Source of the DNA: Candidatus Parcubacteria bacterium
GTDB lineage: Bacteria > Patescibacteriota > Microgenomatia > Levybacterales > UBA12049
DNA: 38,726 nucleotides
Reading direction: 5' to 3'
Assembly (NCBI GenBank): GCA_039798685.1
Contig: JBDKFM010000003.1
Span: forward strand, 1 to 38,726
A program made the position numbers and the translations under genes. Shown here in pieces: positions 35,474-38,726 of this stretch. The notes below the pieces were generated by a model. The model had not been told where the DNA came from. It saw only the letters and a program-made list of their open reading frames with translations, and made no database searches. Numbering within the stretch: the stretch's first letter is position 1; each line of letters opens with the position of its first letter.

Positions 35474-36658
35474 ATGAGAAAACTTATCGTTTTTATAGGG
35501 ATTGTCCTCATTGTACTCGGCATAGTAAGCGCTGTTGAGCAGTATATGCCCACACTCAGGAAGCAGTTTGAAGAGGTCGGATTCGCGTTGCCGTTTACAA
35601 CAACTCAGACGAACGTAAGAGTGGTGACTGAGGAGTCAGTTGTGATCGATGTCGTAAAAAAAGTCGGTCCCTCAGTCGTGACAGTCGCGGCAACTTCGCA
35701 GGTGCCGGTGATTGATTCTTCCGATCCATTCTCATTTTTCGGTTTCCCGGGGCAGGGGACTACGACCCAACCGGAAACCCAAAATATTGGTTCCGGATTT
35801 ATCGTCAGCAAAGACGGGATTATCGTTACCAATAAACATGTCGTTGCAGATCCGGAAGCAACATATACAGTCATTACTGCAGATGAGAAAAAGTACACAG
35901 TAGAGAAGATATACCGAGATCCGCAGAACGATATTGCGATCGTCAAAATAACTCCCTCTGAAAATAAAAACACACAACTCGTACCGGTGCTTCTGGGTGA
36001 CTCATCACGTCTTCAGGTTGGACAGATTGCGATTGCGATCGGAACGCCGCTTGGGGAATTTAGTAACTCCGTCACGAAAGGAATTGTCTCAGGACTTGGT
36101 CGCGGAATTGTTGCGGGAAGTCCGTTTGAAGGATTTGTTGAGAAGCTTGAGAACGTTATTCAGACAGATGCAGCGATAAGCCCGGGCAATAGCGGAGGGC
36201 CACTCTTGAACGCCTCAGGACAGGTTATCGGTGTGAATACCGCGGTTTCACAAAACGGAGAGAATATCGGGTTTGCATTACCGATCAATCTCGTCAAAGA
36301 GAGAATTGCTGAGTTTAATAAATCAGGACAGTTTAACAGGCCGTATCTCGGGATTACCTACAAAATGATCCCGCGCCAGCTGGCGCTTCAGAATGATGTT
36401 CCTGAGGGTGCGTATGTACAGAGTATCAGTGCTGATTCTCCTGCAGAAAAAGCAGGTGTAAAAACCGGAGATATTATTACAAAGATCGATGGTACTAAAG
36501 TGCAGTCCCGGGATTCAGAGCTGGTAACTATCGTCGCCAAGAAAAAAGTCGGTGAGACAGTGACCCTCTCTATCTGGCGCGAAGACCCGACTGATTATTC
36601 AGGTGTTGGGGAAGAGCTGAGTATTGATGTGACTCTCGGAAACTCGACGGACCAGTAA
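35474..36658 (+). CDS. htrA: HtrA/DegP-like serine protease (trypsin + PDZ)
   Basis: GSGFIV, TNKHVV, DIAIVKI, QTDAAISPGNSGGPL, PDZ domain. Confidence 0.96.
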   Translation: MRKLIVFIGIVLIVLGIVSAVEQYMPTLRKQFEEVGFALPFTTTQTNVRVVTEESVVIDVVKKVGPSVVTVAATSQVPVIDSSDPFSFFGFPGQGTTTQPETQNIGSGFIVSKDGIIVTNKHVVADPEATYTVITADEKKYTVEKIYRDPQNDIAIVKITPSENKNTQLVPVLLGDSSRLQVGQIAIAIGTPLGEFSNSVTKGIVSGLGRGIVAGSPFEGFVEKLENVIQTDAAISPGNSGGPLLNASGQVIGVNTAVSQNGENIGFALPINLVKERIAEFNKSGQFNRPYLGITYKMIPRQLALQNDVPEGAYVQSISADSPAEKAGVKTGDIITKIDGTKVQSRDSELVTIVAKKKVGETVTLSIWREDPTDYSGVGEELSIDVTLGNSTDQ

Positions 36659-36688
36659 AAAAGATTTTAATTGCAGAATTTTTCCCTC

Positions 36689-36717
36689 TTGCAATAGGAT
36701 GATTAGGTTCTTATAAT
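36689..36717 (+). promoter_or_regulatory. Sigma70 promoter TTGCAA-17-TATAAT
   Basis: Ends 6 nt before ATG 36724. Confidence 0.75.
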
Positions 36718-36723
36718 AAGCTA

Positions 36724-37422
36724 ATGGCAGCAAAGAAAACAGTTAAAAAATCGACAACAAAAAAATCGGTTTCCACAAAAAAAACCACACCAGCTGTAAT
36801 GATGCCTGAGTCCTCAATGCCTTCTGCAAACTTTATGAAATCAGCGACACCGCAACAGCGAAAGAGAATGTACGTGATCTTTGTCGCAACTGCAGTCGTC
36901 ATCCTCGCACTTTTTGCGATGAGAGGGTATATCGTTGCTGCGATGGTAAACGGTCAGCCAATAACCAGACTCAAGGTCATCGGCCAGCTTGAGAAACAGG
37001 GTGGAAAACAGATTCTTGATTACTTCGTCAGACAAAGTCTCATTATCCAGGAAGCAGAGAAGCGTGGGATAAGTGTGACAGAAGAAGACAATAAAAAATT
37101 CCTCGCAAAGATTGATGCATCCCTCAAGCAGCAGGGTCAAACGCTCGATCAGGCACTAAAGATAAACGGTGTCACCAAGCAGGAAGTACTGGAACAGGCA
37201 AAAGCAGATATTTTGCTTGAAAAAATGGTTGGAAGTGACATAAAAGTCACACAAAAAGAAGTCGATGATTTCATCGCAAAGAACAATGAAGCGTACGGTG
37301 GCACGTTGACTGCTGCTCAGGTAAAAACCGATCTCCTTGCTGAGAAACAGAAAGCGAAGCAGGACGAACTTCTCGCAAAACTGCAAAAAGACGCCAAGAT
37401 TGATTACTTCGTAAGCTACTAA
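36724..37422 (+). CDS. SurA N-terminal domain / PrsA-like chaperone
   Basis: TM then VAAMVNGQPIT, LIIQEAEKRGISVT, LQKDAKID; no clear PPIase domain. Confidence 0.85.
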   Translation: MAAKKTVKKSTTKKSVSTKKTTPAVMMPESSMPSANFMKSATPQQRKRMYVIFVATAVVILALFAMRGYIVAAMVNGQPITRLKVIGQLEKQGGKQILDYFVRQSLIIQEAEKRGISVTEEDNKKFLAKIDASLKQQGQTLDQALKINGVTKQEVLEQAKADILLEKMVGSDIKVTQKEVDDFIAKNNEAYGGTLTAAQVKTDLLAEKQKAKQDELLAKLQKDAKIDYFVSY

Positions 37423-37431
37423 AAAATCTAC

Positions 37432-38726
37432 CTATAATCCCGTGGCAAATTCAGAAAGTATGTCCTTTGAGAGAGGGACTATTTTTGCGTTATACCGACT
37501 GTTTTTTAGAAAACTCCTCAGGATTTTGTACGTATCCAGATCAAATCCAAGCGGCGTATGTGATTCATCTCTATTGCCTTCCTGGTCGATCCTGATACTG
37601 CCCAGATAGCACCAATTGTCGACAACCGTATACTCTGTTATCCCTTCGGGGGATTTCTCTTCAATCGCGATCGGACCGGTAAACGGCCAGTGCATCAGTT
37701 TTGAGGCGGTAAATGCAGTTGTCATCCGCATGTTATATCGCACTGATGGCTCTTTCTGTTCACAGGCTCCGGGACAGTACCCGAGGCGGTGATAAAAACA
37801 TGCAGTCGAAGTTTTTTCAAGTCCGAGAAGTTTGGGGCAGAGTGAGTAGTCTTTTGCGGTCATATAGAGAAATTCTTTTGCATCTTTGTCTGATCGAAAG
37901 ATGCCGAGAATATCACGGATCTCACCTAATGCATCACCGCTTATAAATGGCTCCCGTGTGACTGTCTCATATCCGTGTTCGTTTGTGTGTCTTTTGAGAA
38001 GAAGCATTTTCCGGCTGTTTCTCAGGCGTTTGTTGTAGAGAGGGAGCATGGATTTAATGAGTTGTGATTCGAGAAATAGTGCTCCCAGCTCGCCGGCTGT
38101 CACCCTATGCTCAATTCGTTGTACCTGTTGGGAAAGTTTCATCTCTGTTTTACTGTGCATATCATCTGCAAAGTGGGAGAGGACACGGTCTTTAATATTT
38201 TTACTTTTTCCGATATAAAGAGGAAGATCGGACTCGCCGAAAAAAAGATACACGCCGGCAGATTCAGGAAGTATTTCAAGATCCGTTTCACTCAGATGGA
38301 CGGGCACGCTGGCTTTTTTCATAAGCCTTGTTATGACATCGTCATACTCAGGTTTTTTTTCAGCGTGTTGCATAAAATAATACATTGCTTTAGCATCATC
38401 AAGTGCCCTGTGTCGTTTTTCACAGGGAAGATTGAAATGTGTGATGAGCGCATCAAGATTATGTCTTTGGAGTTCGGGGAAGAGTGCGCGTGAGAGCCTC
38501 ACCGTGCAGAGTTGCTTGGCTGAGTATTTTGTCTCGTGACGGGCAAACTCATGTTTTAGAAATCCGTAATCAAACCTGGCATTGTGTGCAACAAGTACTG
38601 CGCCTTCGAGGAGGTTGTAAATTTTTTCCTTTACTTCCGAGAACTCAGGAGCATCCAGAAGATCCTCAGTCGTGATTCCTGTGATTCTTGTGATCTCTGG
38701 CGGGAGGTGTGTATGCGGATTGATCA
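37432..38726 (-). CDS. DEDDh 3'-5' exonuclease (DnaQ-like) fused to GIY-YIG/Cho-like nuclease; 5' end outside window
   Basis: Frame is open to the window edge: INP..ITRITGIT, LVAHNARFDYGFL, CTVRLSR, HRALDDA, then GVYLF..YIGKSKNIKDRVLSHF, ESQLIK..PLYN, Cys cluster. Confidence 0.93.
   Translation of the reverse strand, partial: INPHTHLPPEITRITGITTEDLLDAPEFSEVKEKIYNLLEGAVLVAHNARFDYGFLKHEFARHETKYSAKQLCTVRLSRALFPELQRHNLDALITHFNLPCEKRHRALDDAKAMYYFMQHAEKKPEYDDVITRLMKKASVPVHLSETDLEILPESAGVYLFFGESDLPLYIGKSKNIKDRVLSHFADDMHSKTEMKLSQQVQRIEHRVTAGELGALFLESQLIKSMLPLYNKRLRNSRKMLLLKRHTNEHGYETVTREPFISGDALGEIRDILGIFRSDKDAKEFLYMTAKDYSLCPKLLGLEKTSTACFYHRLGYCPGACEQKEPSVRYNMRMTTAFTASKLMHWPFTGPIAIEEKSPEGITEYTVVDNWCYLGSIRIDQEGNRDESHTPLGFDLDTYKILRSFLKNSRYNAKIVPLSKDILSEFATGL

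Noticed and set aside
36586-36610. Possible palindromic in-frame insertion in the htrA PDZ loop (cccgactgattattcaggtgttggg)
   Set aside because: The stem is short and imperfect and cannot be separated from chance without ortholog alignment.

Overview
Bacterial chromosomal window of about 44 protein-coding genes, most consistent with a Patescibacteria/CPR (Microgenomates-like) genome. That assignment is an inference from gene style and content. No rRNA, tRNA, CRISPR array, integrase or transposase was seen. The left and middle parts are an accessory region of mostly single-gene units: a MacB/FtsX permease 3' end, two divergent SAM-methyltransferase paralogs, ATP-grasp, S9-type hydrolase, YvcK-like, msrB-msrA, DUF proteins, a complete CsoR-regulated copper cluster with a multicopper oxidase, an MFS transporter, a beta-propeller/FN3/LysM surface protein, Pcm-like, YkgJ-like and two AT-rich HEPN-like genes. 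The right end is core: ychF-rpsF-ssb-rpsR, a hypothetical gene, ctpA, htrA, a SurA-like gene and a DEDDh/GIY-YIG nuclease. Four non-coding patterns stand out. (1) The permease terminus is followed by three degenerate copies of its last 8-12 codons, and two of these abut the methyltransferase stops. The two methyltransferases also share an exact 64-bp promoter + N-terminus block although their bodies are highly diverged, giving a cassette-like array with no recombinase in view. (2) A second stack of genes upstream of ychF has junction micro-repeats centred on TGnTATAAT/AGCCTC. (3) Sigma70 -10 boxes sit 6-9 nt before many start codons, suggesting leaderless expression. (4) Small palindromic or heptamer insertions occur, one apparently splitting a Shine-Dalgarno sequence and one in frame in copA. 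Several starts were moved relative to the ORF track on promoter or RBS evidence. All family calls are from motif recognition, not database searches.
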